Shown in pieces: positions 1 to 8,529 of a stretch of 64,000 bases of DNA. The position numbers were made by a program, and so were the translations under genes. Positions within the stretch are counted from its first letter, which is position 1, and every line of letters starts with the position of its first letter. Origin of the DNA: Candidatus Omnitrophota bacterium (GTDB lineage Bacteria > Omnitrophota > Gorgyraeia > Zapsychrales > Zapsychraceae); NCBI GenBank assembly GCA_015233405.1, contig JADFXT010000007.1, positions 390 to 64,389 of the forward strand, in the 5' to 3' direction. The notes below the pieces were generated by a model. That model had not been told where the DNA came from. It searched no databases and saw only the letters and a list, made by a program, of their open reading frames with translations.

Positions 1-1
1 C

Positions 2-1402
2 ACGCAAAATCCGACGATGACCTTTTATTCTCCAGTCACACGTTTTTGGGAATTAATGTTGGGTTGTTCGCTTAGCTTTGTGGATCTCTATAGAAAAAAT
101 GCAACTTTAAAGGCCAAAGGATCGCTAGCAGATTTTAAATCCGCTCTTGGGTTCTTATTGATCATTTTGGCTTTAGGTTTACTCGACGAAAATAGCCCAT
201 TCCCGGGTTGGTGGGCTTTGTTGCCGACATTGGGAGCAGTTTTCATTATCTGGGCTGGTCCTCAAGCATTCCTCAACCGGATGGTGTTGTCCAACAAACT
301 ATTAGTCTGGTTTGGTTTGATCAGCTATCCTCTTTATTTGTGGCATTACCCTTTGTTTTCGTTTACACGCATTCTTGGTGGCGAGCCTTCAGCTCTGACG
401 AGAGTTGTATTAGCGATTGTGAGCATCGCCTTAGCCTGGGGAACCTATAAGTTCGTCGAGAATCCGGTACGCTTGGGATCGTATAACAAAATCAAAGTCG
501 CGGCGTTGTGTATGCTTATGGTTGCCTTAGGCTTGATCGGGTTTATCACGTATAAGGGCAACGGATTTCCGTTTAGAAAAGACCCGCCCGTCGATCTAGT
601 CAACCAATCTCAGTTAACCTATGAGAACCCGCTGCAGCAGGAATGTATTGACATGATCGGTTTAAATCGAGAAGCTGCAGACGGCCAGGAAATTTTTTGT
701 TCTATGAGCAGCCCGAAGGAAAACCTTCAGGTCGCGGTCGTCGGAGATAGTATGGCCAGTGCTCTCATGCCTGGGCTTGAAAAGATCTATAAAGAGAAAA
801 ATATGGGAGTCATTAATGTCGTTAATTCGTCTTGCCCGCCGTTTAGGGGGCTGATTGGAAATTTTGGCTGGAGCAGGGACTGCGGAGAAATAAATCGTAA
901 GATCTACAATTATGTTTTGAATACTCCTTCCATAAAAAAAGTCATCATGATATTTTGGGCCGCGGAGTTTCAATGGATTGGCGTCGAGGGAGCAAGAAAA
1001 GGAGCTCCTTTTAAAGAAAAAATTCCTTTTTATTCTCAATTGATCCAGAAAGACCTCTCTGATCTGAAAAAAGCCGGGAAAGAAGTAGTCGTTAGTTTCG
1101 ATCCTCCGGTCATGACGAAAGATCCGACGGATTGTTTTTATAGAATTCTTCAAAGTAATCCTAATGGCTGTGACGTATTAGAATCAAAAATACCTAATAG
1201 ACAACCCTATATCCGTTATTTCGAAAATTTATTTAAAGATATGGATGTCTGTACGTTTTATCAATCCACTGCACTTGAGTCGGGTGGCGTTTTCCATATG
1301 TTGGACAGCGACGGGGTTTTATTATTCAGAGATATATACCACTTAAGTTCTAACGGCGCAGACAAAGTGGCGCATGCTTTTATGCAGTCACAATGTTTTT
1401 AA
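2..1402 (+). CDS. Acyltransferase family 3 (OafA/YrhL-type O-acyltransferase) C-terminal TM segments fused to an SGNH-like domain; 5' end cut by the window edge
   Basis: The frame is open to position 2, so the ATG at 17 is probably internal. It has multiple TM helices and the motif LISYPLYLWHYPLFSF typical of acyltransferase_3. The downstream soluble domain carries a GDS block (VAVVGDSMASAL), as in SGNH hydrolase-type O-acetyltransferase extensions. Confidence 0.7.
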   Translation, partial: TQNPTMTFYSPVTRFWELMLGCSLSFVDLYRKNATLKAKGSLADFKSALGFLLIILALGLLDENSPFPGWWALLPTLGAVFIIWAGPQAFLNRMVLSNKLLVWFGLISYPLYLWHYPLFSFTRILGGEPSALTRVVLAIVSIALAWGTYKFVENPVRLGSYNKIKVAALCMLMVALGLIGFITYKGNGFPFRKDPPVDLVNQSQLTYENPLQQECIDMIGLNREAADGQEIFCSMSSPKENLQVAVVGDSMASALMPGLEKIYKEKNMGVINVVNSSCPPFRGLIGNFGWSRDCGEINRKIYNYVLNTPSIKKVIMIFWAAEFQWIGVEGARKGAPFKEKIPFYSQLIQKDLSDLKKAGKEVVVSFDPPVMTKDPTDCFYRILQSNPNGCDVLESKIPNRQPYIRYFENLFKDMDVCTFYQSTALESGGVFHMLDSDGVLLFRDIYHLSSNGADKVAHAFMQSQCF

Positions 1403-1599
1403 AAAAAGTGACAGTCACTTTAAAGGGCACAGGCCCCCTTAAATTTTTAACTCAATCATTTCCCGTTACCCATTTTCTGCTAAAATAAGCCCATTCTCTC
1501 CCCACCTGCCGGCAGGAATCCGGCTCATTTTTTAGACGTATTTTGTAAGGGGTTTTTAAAACCGAAGGTTGAAAGCCGTTAACAGGGATTAATAAAAAC

Positions 1600-1797
1600 A
1601 TGTTTTGGATACCGATAGCGCTTATTGGGATTTGTTTGATATTGCTGGTCATTATTTGTGCCCTGCTTTGGAGTACCGTAAGAAAATATGAGCAGGAATC
1701 CCAAGATCTCAAAGAAGAAGTGGCGCGGCTCAAACGGGCAAACGATTCTTTAAAAGACTCGGTCTTTGTCTGGAAATTAAGAGAACGGGGCCGCTAG
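1600..1797 (+). CDS. Small hypothetical membrane protein (one TM helix plus a charged coiled-coil tail)
   Basis: 65-aa ORF with the hydrophobic N-terminus FWIPIALIGICLILLVIICALLW followed by a charged heptad-like tail. There is no clear SD sequence and no recognisable family. Confidence 0.35.
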   Translation: MFWIPIALIGICLILLVIICALLWSTVRKYEQESQDLKEEVARLKRANDSLKDSVFVWKLRERGR

Positions 1798-1833
1798 AAA
1801 ATTTCCTTTCGGAAGAAGAACAAATTTCCTCTC

Positions 1834-1860
1834 TTGACAGGAAGCGCTTAGAAGTATAAA
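1834..1860 (+). promoter_or_regulatory. Candidate sigma70-type promoter for the PilZ gene
   Basis: TTGACA (1834-1839) and TATAAA (1855-1860) with a 15-nt spacer (16 nt if the -10 is read as ATAAAA), just upstream of the 1868/1886 start codons. Confidence 0.35.
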
Positions 1861-1867
1861 ACAAAAC

Positions 1868-2224
1868 ATGGAGGTAATAAAGAAGATGGCCTATCCAATC
1901 AATTCTCACGACCAACGCCGGGACCCGCGGTATGCGTTACAGCTTCCGGCTCAGATCAGCGTGGGCTCACAATTTGTCTTACAAGGAAGGCTCAGAGATC
2001 TTTCTTTAAATAGCGCGTTTATTTTGATGAAGACCGGTAGCGTTTATTTTAAGACGAATGATGAAGTGGGGTTTGCGATTCATAGCTCGTCGGAAATTGG
2101 GGCGGATTTGATCGAAGGATTAGCTTGCATCTCGCGTATCGTTTCTGGCGAAGGGCTTGCGATTTATTTTACAAAGATGGATAAAAACTCGACTCTTCGA
2201 TTAAGAGAGCTCTTAAAGCAATAG
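1868..2224 (+). CDS. PilZ domain protein (putative c-di-GMP receptor)
   Basis: The N-terminal QRRDPRY matches the RxxxR half of the PilZ motif and DLSLNSA approximates the D/NxSxxG half. Size (about 112-118 aa) is typical of a single-domain PilZ. An alternative start at 1886 lies behind GGAGG (1870-1874). Confidence 0.6.
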   Translation: MEVIKKMAYPINSHDQRRDPRYALQLPAQISVGSQFVLQGRLRDLSLNSAFILMKTGSVYFKTNDEVGFAIHSSSEIGADLIEGLACISRIVSGEGLAIYFTKMDKNSTLRLRELLKQ

Positions 2225-2266
2225 TTTTCTAGAAAAGTTGACTTAGAAATTTATAGATGGAGGACT

Positions 2267-2304
2267 GGGGACAACGCTGATAAAAACGTTGTCCCCATTT
2301 TTTT
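2267..2304 (+). terminator. Rho-independent terminator after the PilZ gene (the stem is shared with the convergent gene)
   Basis: Perfect 10-bp stem GGGGACAACG (2267-2276) / CGTTGTCCCC (2287-2296) followed by ATTTTTTT. Confidence 0.65.
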
Positions 2305-2318
2305 GGTGGGAAGCGTGT

Positions 2319-2666
2319 TTAAGATCCCTTAATAATATTCTCGATTTTTGTTCTTAATTCCTCTTTGGCTTTTCCCATAGACATCATGGATTCTTTTTTC
2401 ACTTCCATGGCCGCGATAACGGCATCAGCGACCTTTTCCATTTTTGCGCCCCAAACTTTCTGAATTTTAGCTTTGAAAATATCTTTCATCAGCTCTTCCT
2501 TGGCCTCATGAAAGGCTTTTTTGGAAGCGATCATGGTGCAGACAACAGGATCTCCGCCGCAGACGCCTCCACAGGAACATTTTGCTTCGCAGGATTGATG
2601 AGGCATTGGGTTGGCTGCAGGTGTCTCACAGACACCGGTTTTTGAATCACAACTGGACATTGACAT
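2319..2666 (-). CDS. Small Cys-rich hypothetical protein (N-terminal Cys cluster plus a Lys/Glu-rich helical tail)
   Basis: The start was moved to the ATG at 2666, which sits 6 nt behind a perfect AAGGAGG; the track used a TTG at 2672. The N-terminal 45 aa contain 7 Cys (CDSKTGVCE, CEAKCSCGGVCGGDPVVC). The remainder is predicted amphipathic helix. Confidence 0.55.
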   Translation of the reverse strand: MSMSSCDSKTGVCETPAANPMPHQSCEAKCSCGGVCGGDPVVCTMIASKKAFHEAKEELMKDIFKAKIQKVWGAKMEKVADAVIAAMEVKKESMMSMGKAKEELRTKIENIIKGS

Positions 2667-2816
2667 AAACAACCTCCTTAGGTAAATATTTTGGTTTAAT
2701 TTGATGGTATTATGATGAAATCATGGCGAGTTCCAAGAGGCAGATTCGCTTTTTATTTGACTTTTTTCTACTGAAAAAAGGTAAGCCATTAGTTGTTGGG
2801 ATAATCTATCCGTTTC

Positions 2817-2844
2817 TTGACAGGAGGGATTTTCGGAGTATAAA
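2817..2844 (+). promoter_or_regulatory. Candidate sigma70-type promoter for the LOG-family gene
   Basis: TTGACA (2817-2822), a 16-nt spacer and TATAAA (2839-2844), about 55 nt upstream of the ATG at 2899. Confidence 0.4.
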
Positions 2845-2898
2845 GCCAAGTGGGGGGCTTGCGGATAAAAATTTCTAAGTCAAGGAAGGGACTTTTTT

Positions 2899-3936
2899 AT
2901 GAGAAAGACATCAAAAGATTATGAAATTGGCGACGAGACAGTGGATGGTTTGATCAATGAGCTTGTCAAGCGGTCGGCTTCCGTCGAAACGGAATCGCTG
3001 TTGAGTGAAATTTTAACGACGGCGGTCAAGCTCGGAAAAGAATCAAATGATAAAGGGGACCTTAAGCTGGTCAACAGTGCACTTAAAGAGTTGCGCTATT
3101 CTTTTAAAATATTTTCTCCGTATCGAAACGTCAAGAAGGTCATTATTTTTGGGTCGGCGCGTTCAAAGAATACGTCGAGTGAATATCTCATGGCCGAAGA
3201 ATTATCAAGAAAGCTGACCGCGAAAGGTTATATGATCGTCACTGGCGGCGGCCCCGGCGTCATGGAGGCCGGCAATAAAGGGGCTACGAAAGGTAAGGAG
3301 TTCGCGCTTAATATCCGTCTGCCGTTCGAACAAAAGGCCAATCCTTACATCGACGAAAAAGGGAAGATCATTAATTTTAAATATTTTTTTACGAGAAAAC
3401 TTATATTTATCAAAGAGACCGATGCGACGACTCTATTTCCCGGCGGATTTGGTACCAATGATGAGGGGTTTGAGGCGATCACTCTGATCCAAACCGGCAA
3501 GTCCAAGCCGCGGCCGGTTCTGTTAATGGAGCCAAAGGGTTCCACCTATTGGGCTGAGTGGATGCATTTTGTCGAAAATCAACTTGTTCGAAATGGATAC
3601 ATTAACAAAGCGGATTTAAGTATTTTTCGGATCATTAGGAACGTCGACGATGCAGTTAAGGAAATAGAAAATTTTTATAAGGTGTACCATTCGATACGCT
3701 ATATTTCCGGCTTGACCGTTTTACGGCTCAATCAGAAACTGTCGGATAAAACCCTAAATCGAATCAACCAAGAATTTAGCGATATTTTGGCTGGCGGAAA
3801 AATCGAGCTTTCCTGCGCGACCAAGGAAGAAGTGGAGCGCGGGGAATATCCTGAGCTTCCCCGGCTTATCATGAATTTTAACATGCGCAGTTACGGCCGG
3901 CTATGCGAATTGATAAGGGTTATTAATGGAAATTAG
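2899..3936 (+). CDS. LOG / TIGR00730-family Rossmann protein, long PpnN/YgdH-like form (putative nucleotide 5'-monophosphate nucleosidase)
   Basis: Contains the family motifs GGGPGVMEAGNKGA and PGGFGTNDE. N- and C-terminal extensions bring it to 345 aa. Confidence 0.8.
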   Translation: MRKTSKDYEIGDETVDGLINELVKRSASVETESLLSEILTTAVKLGKESNDKGDLKLVNSALKELRYSFKIFSPYRNVKKVIIFGSARSKNTSSEYLMAEELSRKLTAKGYMIVTGGGPGVMEAGNKGATKGKEFALNIRLPFEQKANPYIDEKGKIINFKYFFTRKLIFIKETDATTLFPGGFGTNDEGFEAITLIQTGKSKPRPVLLMEPKGSTYWAEWMHFVENQLVRNGYINKADLSIFRIIRNVDDAVKEIENFYKVYHSIRYISGLTVLRLNQKLSDKTLNRINQEFSDILAGGKIELSCATKEEVERGEYPELPRLIMNFNMRSYGRLCELIRVINGN

Positions 3937-3973
3937 ATAAAAAATCGAAGTTAATATTTATCGACCTTAGACA

Positions 3974-4010
3974 AAAGACCAGCCCCTTTGGGTTGGTCTT
4001 TTGTTTGTTT
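3974..4010 (+). terminator. Strong rho-independent terminator after the LOG gene
   Basis: A 12-bp stem (AAAGACCAGCCC / GGGTTGGTCTTT, one G-U pair) with a CTTT loop, followed by TGTTTGTTT. It overlaps the TTG start at 3993 proposed by the ORF track. Confidence 0.75.
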
Positions 4011-4088
4011 GCCGGTTTGCTTTTTGATAAAAGATTATTGTATACTTTAACTATTATGTTTAAAGACCAATATAAATATAAGAAGTCC

Positions 4089-7000
4089 ATGTCATTTCGG
4101 CTGATGACGAGCTTTGTTCTTTTGGCTTTTATTTTATCTTTGCCGGGGACGTCGTTGGCTCAATCGCCTACAAATTTTTCAGCGCCGGGCGCTCTGCCTG
4201 AATTGACACAATCGTTTTCTCCGTCCATGGTCCGTGGGCTTAAAGTCTATCCGGATGACCCTTTAAAATTTAGTTTTATCGTCGATACCGGTGATGCGCA
4301 ACTTGACGCGGCGGCGTTTAAGAAGGAGTCGCAAAAACTCATCAACTATTTTCTTGCCGCATTGACCGTCCCAGAAAATGATTTTTGGGTCAATTTGTCG
4401 CCTCAAGAAAAAAACAGAATCGCTCCGCAGGCTTTAAGCCGCACCGAAATGGGCCGGGACATGCTCGCGCAGGATTATGTGCTTAAGCAATTAACCTCCT
4501 CTTTAATGTATCCGGAAAAGGAGCTGGGACGAAAATTTTGGGACGCAATTTATAAAAAAATCTCTCAACAATATGGGAATACGGACATTCCGGTTAATAC
4601 CTTATCTCGGGTCTGGATCGTTCCGGATAAGGCAACCGTTTATGAAAAAGGCGTGACCGCATTTGTCGTCGAGCGACATTTGAAGGTGATGTTGGAGGAA
4701 GAATATCTAGCGGCTTCGAAAACTGTAGGGGCGGGGTTTCCCCGCCCTGATAATAAAGGGCGCGGAGACCGCGCCCCTACGGCGATCATAAAAGAAATCA
4801 TCATTCCTGCCCTTGAAAAGGAAGTCAACGAAGGTAAGGCGTTCGCTAATCTTAGGCAGATCTTTAATTCCATGATCTTAGCGACCTGGTATAAGAAAAG
4901 ACTTAAAGAAAGCCTTTTGGGAAAAGTTTACGTCAATAAAAATAAAGTGACAGGCATTGACTTGGCTGAGCGGGATAGTAAGGAAAAAATTTACAATCAA
5001 TACCAGAAATCTTTCCGTGAAGGGCTGTATAACTATATTAAAGAAGAATACGACCGTGTTCGTCAAGAAGTCATCCCGCGCAAATATTTCTCCGGCGGTA
5101 TCGCTCCGGGAGTCGCCAATGAACGCGATCTGGCGATTGTCACAGATAAAAATATCCCTGAAAAATTACGGCAAGCGGTTACGACCCCTAAAGGAGCAGA
5201 CACCGAGGTCACTTTCGCGCTTCATGAAAAAGCTGCCGACCATACGATTTTTGCCAACACCGAATCCGTGCTGAACTATTTTCGTCCGCTGCTTAACCCA
5301 GCCGAGACACGCAAACAAAAAGAGATCAGAGCGGCATTCCCGTTGTTACACGGGTATCTTTTCCCTGTTGAGACATCTTTGAATTTTGACTTGGAAAAAC
5401 CAACGGTCGGCGATGCCAAGCGTTCCAGGGCCAAGAATTTTACGCTGGTGAATCATATATTTCAAAGGGCTTTGGGACGAAAGATCCGCGGACTTGAAGA
5501 GAATAACATTAATATTTTTCAAACGGATAATTCTTTATCCGAAAGTTCTTTTCAATCTGTTTCCAAAAAATTTACTGCGTTAAAAGAGGCGGGTGTTCTT
5601 CCGTATTTTCTGACAGCTTTTCTTTATCATGATGTTGCCAAATCCGGATACAAAAAAGAACGAGATAAATGGAAGAAGATCCCGGACGTCGACATGTTAA
5701 TTCCCAATAAAGCCTCGGCGCTGATCTTAAGGAGCATGGAAGTGCCCAATTCATCCGTCCACGGCCTTTTTGAAAATATTGAAAATTTGAGAAACCATCC
5801 TCAAAGCCAGCTTCTGAACGAATTTTTTTATCGCATCATCGCCATCCGCGGATATGCCGGGCAATTTGTCCGTGGGGAAGTCGGTTACGCGGTCTTTGAA
5901 GAATTGACGGACTGGATCAGAACCCACTTCCAGGAATTAAAAGGTGTTTTGGCTGCCAATGAGAACGACGCGGTAGCGGCACAACGGATCACGGATGTCA
6001 TTTATCTTTTTGATTTTGTCGACGTCTCGGCGGTGAGAGAAGGGTTGATGACGGATTCCTTAAACAGCAAGTTCCTTTCTTTTTACAATGATTTTAAGAC
6101 GGTCATTACTCCGGATAAGGGGATATTTCGTGAAAACTGGCAGGATATTTTTACAGGCAAATGGGGCGACCTTTCGGATGTTTCCATGAAGCGCAATTAT
6201 TTAAAAGACCGGTTGAACCGTTTTCGCGTCGCGCGGCAGGAGTTAGGCGAAGATGCAGAAAAGATCAATCAATATGTCGATAAAGTCATGACCGACGATG
6301 AAGTCACAAATATTGTGGAGTTGCTGCATAATTTTCAAGGGTGGTATGTGGAGGACGCGACGTCGGGTTTGACGGTGGAAAGCCAGATAAAGCTCATCGC
6401 GCTAAGTATTATTTTTGCCAGAAAAGAAGGATTGGATATTTCTAGGCCGTTTAATATCAATTATTCGAGTTTGATGAAGGTCTTGGCGAAGGACCGGCAA
6501 GATTATGACCGCTATAAAATACGCATCTTGGAAACGTTCTTAAGAAAATTTAAACTAAGCGATGTTTTTAAAGATGATTCTGTTACGGCAATGCTCAAAG
6601 ATGAAGAAAAAAGTCCTTTGTTAGGTGCGGATATGAAGATCGACGGGCAGAAGGCTGTTTTGTTTGATTTTCATTTGAAGCCGGAAGCCGACGCGCTGCT
6701 TGTTTTGCTTAAGACTTATGAATCCAGGAGCTCGGTTAATTTCCATCAACTATTAAAGTTGTTGATGGATGCCTATGGGTTAAGAAAAGATGAATTTGAT
6801 CGTGTCAGTAACGAAATGTCTTATCTGTCCAGCATGGCTGCGGCACGTTCTGATAAAGAGAAATTGGCGCGATATTCTCGGGGGCCAGTTGTTCTTGACG
6901 TCGGGGCTGCTGGAGGGGCGATGCTCGACCTTTTGGAAGAATATAAGGATGTGTTAGCGCTTAAGCGCGCGGTGGGACTTGATGTTTCGGAAGAGGCATT

Positions 7001-7976
7001 AGAAAAATTGGAGATTCAAAAGAAAGAGAAAGGCTGGAGTATCGTTGACTTGATCAAAGGAGATGCCCTGGAGTTAGAAAAAGCACTTAAAGAAAACGGG
7101 ATCACAGCGCCGAATACCATTATCTTTTGTTCTATCATGCATGAAATCTTTAGCTATGTGACAAATAAAGAAGGGAAAAAATTTAGTATGGATACCGTCC
7201 GGCATGTTTTAAAAACAGCCTTACAGTTATTGCCGGCCAATGGGAGGATTTTGTTTAGAGACGGGCTTATACCCGAGGATGGAGAAAAAGAACAGATCAT
7301 GATGCTTTATGGAAAGGATAACAAGAAATTTTTTGATAAGTATATCGATAACTTTGAAGGGAGGCCGATCACTTATCAAATCATCAGTGAGGACGAGGCC
7401 AAAGAGATCTATAAGATTAAAATCCTTCGTAAGGATGCCATGGAATTTTTATATACTCTGACCTGGGGTTGGGAAAGTTTTCCTTATGAGGTGCGGGAAC
7501 AGTATGGTGTGTTAACGCGCCAAGGTTATATAAAACTTTTTCATGATCTGGCCGATGAAGCGGGATTAAAGATCAAAGAAATAGAACTTCCCGTCGAAGA
7601 TCAGAGCTATTTGCAGCCTGGGTATGTTGAGCATTTAAACGGTAAGGCGGAATTGTTTGATCTTGATGGAAAACCGGCCGATCTTCCGCCGAGCAACATG
7701 ATGATTGTGATTGAAAAACAATCGGACAACAATGGAAATCCAGTAAAGAATGGCGACCGCGCGCTTCTGACTGATTCTAAAAAAGATTCTAGCGTCGGTG
7801 GTATCGATTTTAATTCAAATCGAATGGAGCTTTTTATTCGCCGGGACAATAATGGCGTGCCGCTATCTTTGTCAAAACAACCTTTGGAAAATATGCGCAT
7901 CGATGGGTTTCAGCCCGTTATTCTAAATATCAATGTGCTTCGCGTGCCTATTACGGCTTGGATTAATAGCAAATAA
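4089..7976 (+). CDS. Secreted 'bracket-family' protein A: signal peptide, conserved N-domain, HD-like region, class I SAM methyltransferase-like domain, conserved C-terminal GGIDFN domain
   Basis: The ATG at 4089 gives a classical signal peptide (MSFRLMTSFVLLAFILSLPGTSLAQS); 4056 is an alternative start. The N-domain (VRGLKVYPDDPLKFSFIVDTGD...WVNLSPQEKNRI...GRDMLAQDYVLKQLTSSLMYPE) is homologous to the N-termini of both giant genes. It also has a YHDVAK (HD-like) motif at 5628, VLDVGAAGGAMLDLL (MTase motif I) near 6891, and a C-terminal GGIDFNSNRMEL...GFQPVILNINV tail homologous to the giant C-termini. Confidence 0.8.
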   Translation: MSFRLMTSFVLLAFILSLPGTSLAQSPTNFSAPGALPELTQSFSPSMVRGLKVYPDDPLKFSFIVDTGDAQLDAAAFKKESQKLINYFLAALTVPENDFWVNLSPQEKNRIAPQALSRTEMGRDMLAQDYVLKQLTSSLMYPEKELGRKFWDAIYKKISQQYGNTDIPVNTLSRVWIVPDKATVYEKGVTAFVVERHLKVMLEEEYLAASKTVGAGFPRPDNKGRGDRAPTAIIKEIIIPALEKEVNEGKAFANLRQIFNSMILATWYKKRLKESLLGKVYVNKNKVTGIDLAERDSKEKIYNQYQKSFREGLYNYIKEEYDRVRQEVIPRKYFSGGIAPGVANERDLAIVTDKNIPEKLRQAVTTPKGADTEVTFALHEKAADHTIFANTESVLNYFRPLLNPAETRKQKEIRAAFPLLHGYLFPVETSLNFDLEKPTVGDAKRSRAKNFTLVNHIFQRALGRKIRGLEENNINIFQTDNSLSESSFQSVSKKFTALKEAGVLPYFLTAFLYHDVAKSGYKKERDKWKKIPDVDMLIPNKASALILRSMEVPNSSVHGLFENIENLRNHPQSQLLNEFFYRIIAIRGYAGQFVRGEVGYAVFEELTDWIRTHFQELKGVLAANENDAVAAQRITDVIYLFDFVDVSAVREGLMTDSLNSKFLSFYNDFKTVITPDKGIFRENWQDIFTGKWGDLSDVSMKRNYLKDRLNRFRVARQELGEDAEKINQYVDKVMTDDEVTNIVELLHNFQGWYVEDATSGLTVESQIKLIALSIIFARKEGLDISRPFNINYSSLMKVLAKDRQDYDRYKIRILETFLRKFKLSDVFKDDSVTAMLKDEEKSPLLGADMKIDGQKAVLFDFHLKPEADALLVLLKTYESRSSVNFHQLLKLLMDAYGLRKDEFDRVSNEMSYLSSMAAARSDKEKLARYSRGPVVLDVGAAGGAMLDLLEEYKDVLALKRAVGLDVSEEALEKLEIQKKEKGWSIVDLIKGDALELEKALKENGITAPNTIIFCSIMHEIFSYVTNKEGKKFSMDTVRHVLKTALQLLPANGRILFRDGLIPEDGEKEQIMMLYGKDNKKFFDKYIDNFEGRPITYQIISEDEAKEIYKIKILRKDAMEFLYTLTWGWESFPYEVREQYGVLTRQGYIKLFHDLADEAGLKIKEIELPVEDQSYLQPGYVEHLNGKAELFDLDGKPADLPPSNMMIVIEKQSDNNGNPVKNGDRALLTDSKKDSSVGGIDFNSNRMELFIRRDNNGVPLSLSKQPLENMRIDGFQPVILNINVLRVPITAWINSK

Positions 7977-8240
7977 TTTAGAAGCGCCAGCCTTCCTTTA
8001 AATCCTTCCCTAAATTCTTTTTTTTTCACATGGAAAAGAGTCTAAAAAAAGGCGAAAGAGCCTCTAGATTGTTTGAATGCTAGGGGTTAATATTAAATGC
8101 TAATTTTTTAAAAATTAAAGGGGCCTTGAGAAGATGTAATAAAAACACGCTAATCGCCTGTTCTTGTGTTAAAATAAAGGCGTTTTTGAAGAAGGCATTT
8201 CCTTTGAGCTGTATTTCTTGTCAAGAAAGGTGAAAAGGTA

Positions 8241-8504
8241 ATGAATGTATTTTTTTCACAGCTTCCCATTTGGCTTTCCACGCTTTGTTTTGTCGTCGGT
8301 ATTGTATTATTCCTCAAACCTAAAGAAGTCATTCAGTTCCAGATAAAATTCTATCAAACAATCAACTGGCGTATGGAACCGATATCCATGCCGAAAGAGA
8401 TCCAAAATACAAAATTGATGGGGATATTTATGGTGGCCATCACGCTGTTGACTGTCTGTTATATTCTTCGAAACAGATTTTCTCTGTTAACCCAAAGCGG
8501 CTAA
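8241..8504 (+). CDS. Small hypothetical membrane protein (2 TM helices)
   Basis: 87-aa ORF with two hydrophobic helices and a weak SD (AAAGGTGA). No recognisable family. Confidence 0.4.
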   Translation: MNVFFSQLPIWLSTLCFVVGIVLFLKPKEVIQFQIKFYQTINWRMEPISMPKEIQNTKLMGIFMVAITLLTVCYILRNRFSLLTQSG

Positions 8505-8529
8505 AGTTTTTTGTGAGCAAGGGGGAGCT

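Noticed and set aside
662-1153. The antisense 163-aa ORF inside the acyltransferase gene, and the many 60-150-aa antisense or off-frame ORFs inside the RHS and giant genes (for example 12559-12921, 31133-31579, 42588-43010).
   Set aside because: They are fully nested in long, well-supported genes with recognisable domains. They have no SD or family similarity and are typical shadow ORFs.
1403-1450. A possible terminator after the acyltransferase gene (AAAGGGCACAGGCCCCCTTAAATTTTT).
   Set aside because: The stem is only about 5 bp (AAGGG/CCCTT) with an irregular loop. That is too weak to call with confidence.
3993-4088. The TTG start at 3993 for bracket protein A.
   Set aside because: It lies inside the 12-bp-stem terminator of the upstream LOG gene. 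The ATG at 4089 yields a canonical signal peptide, while the upstream residues are not signal-like.
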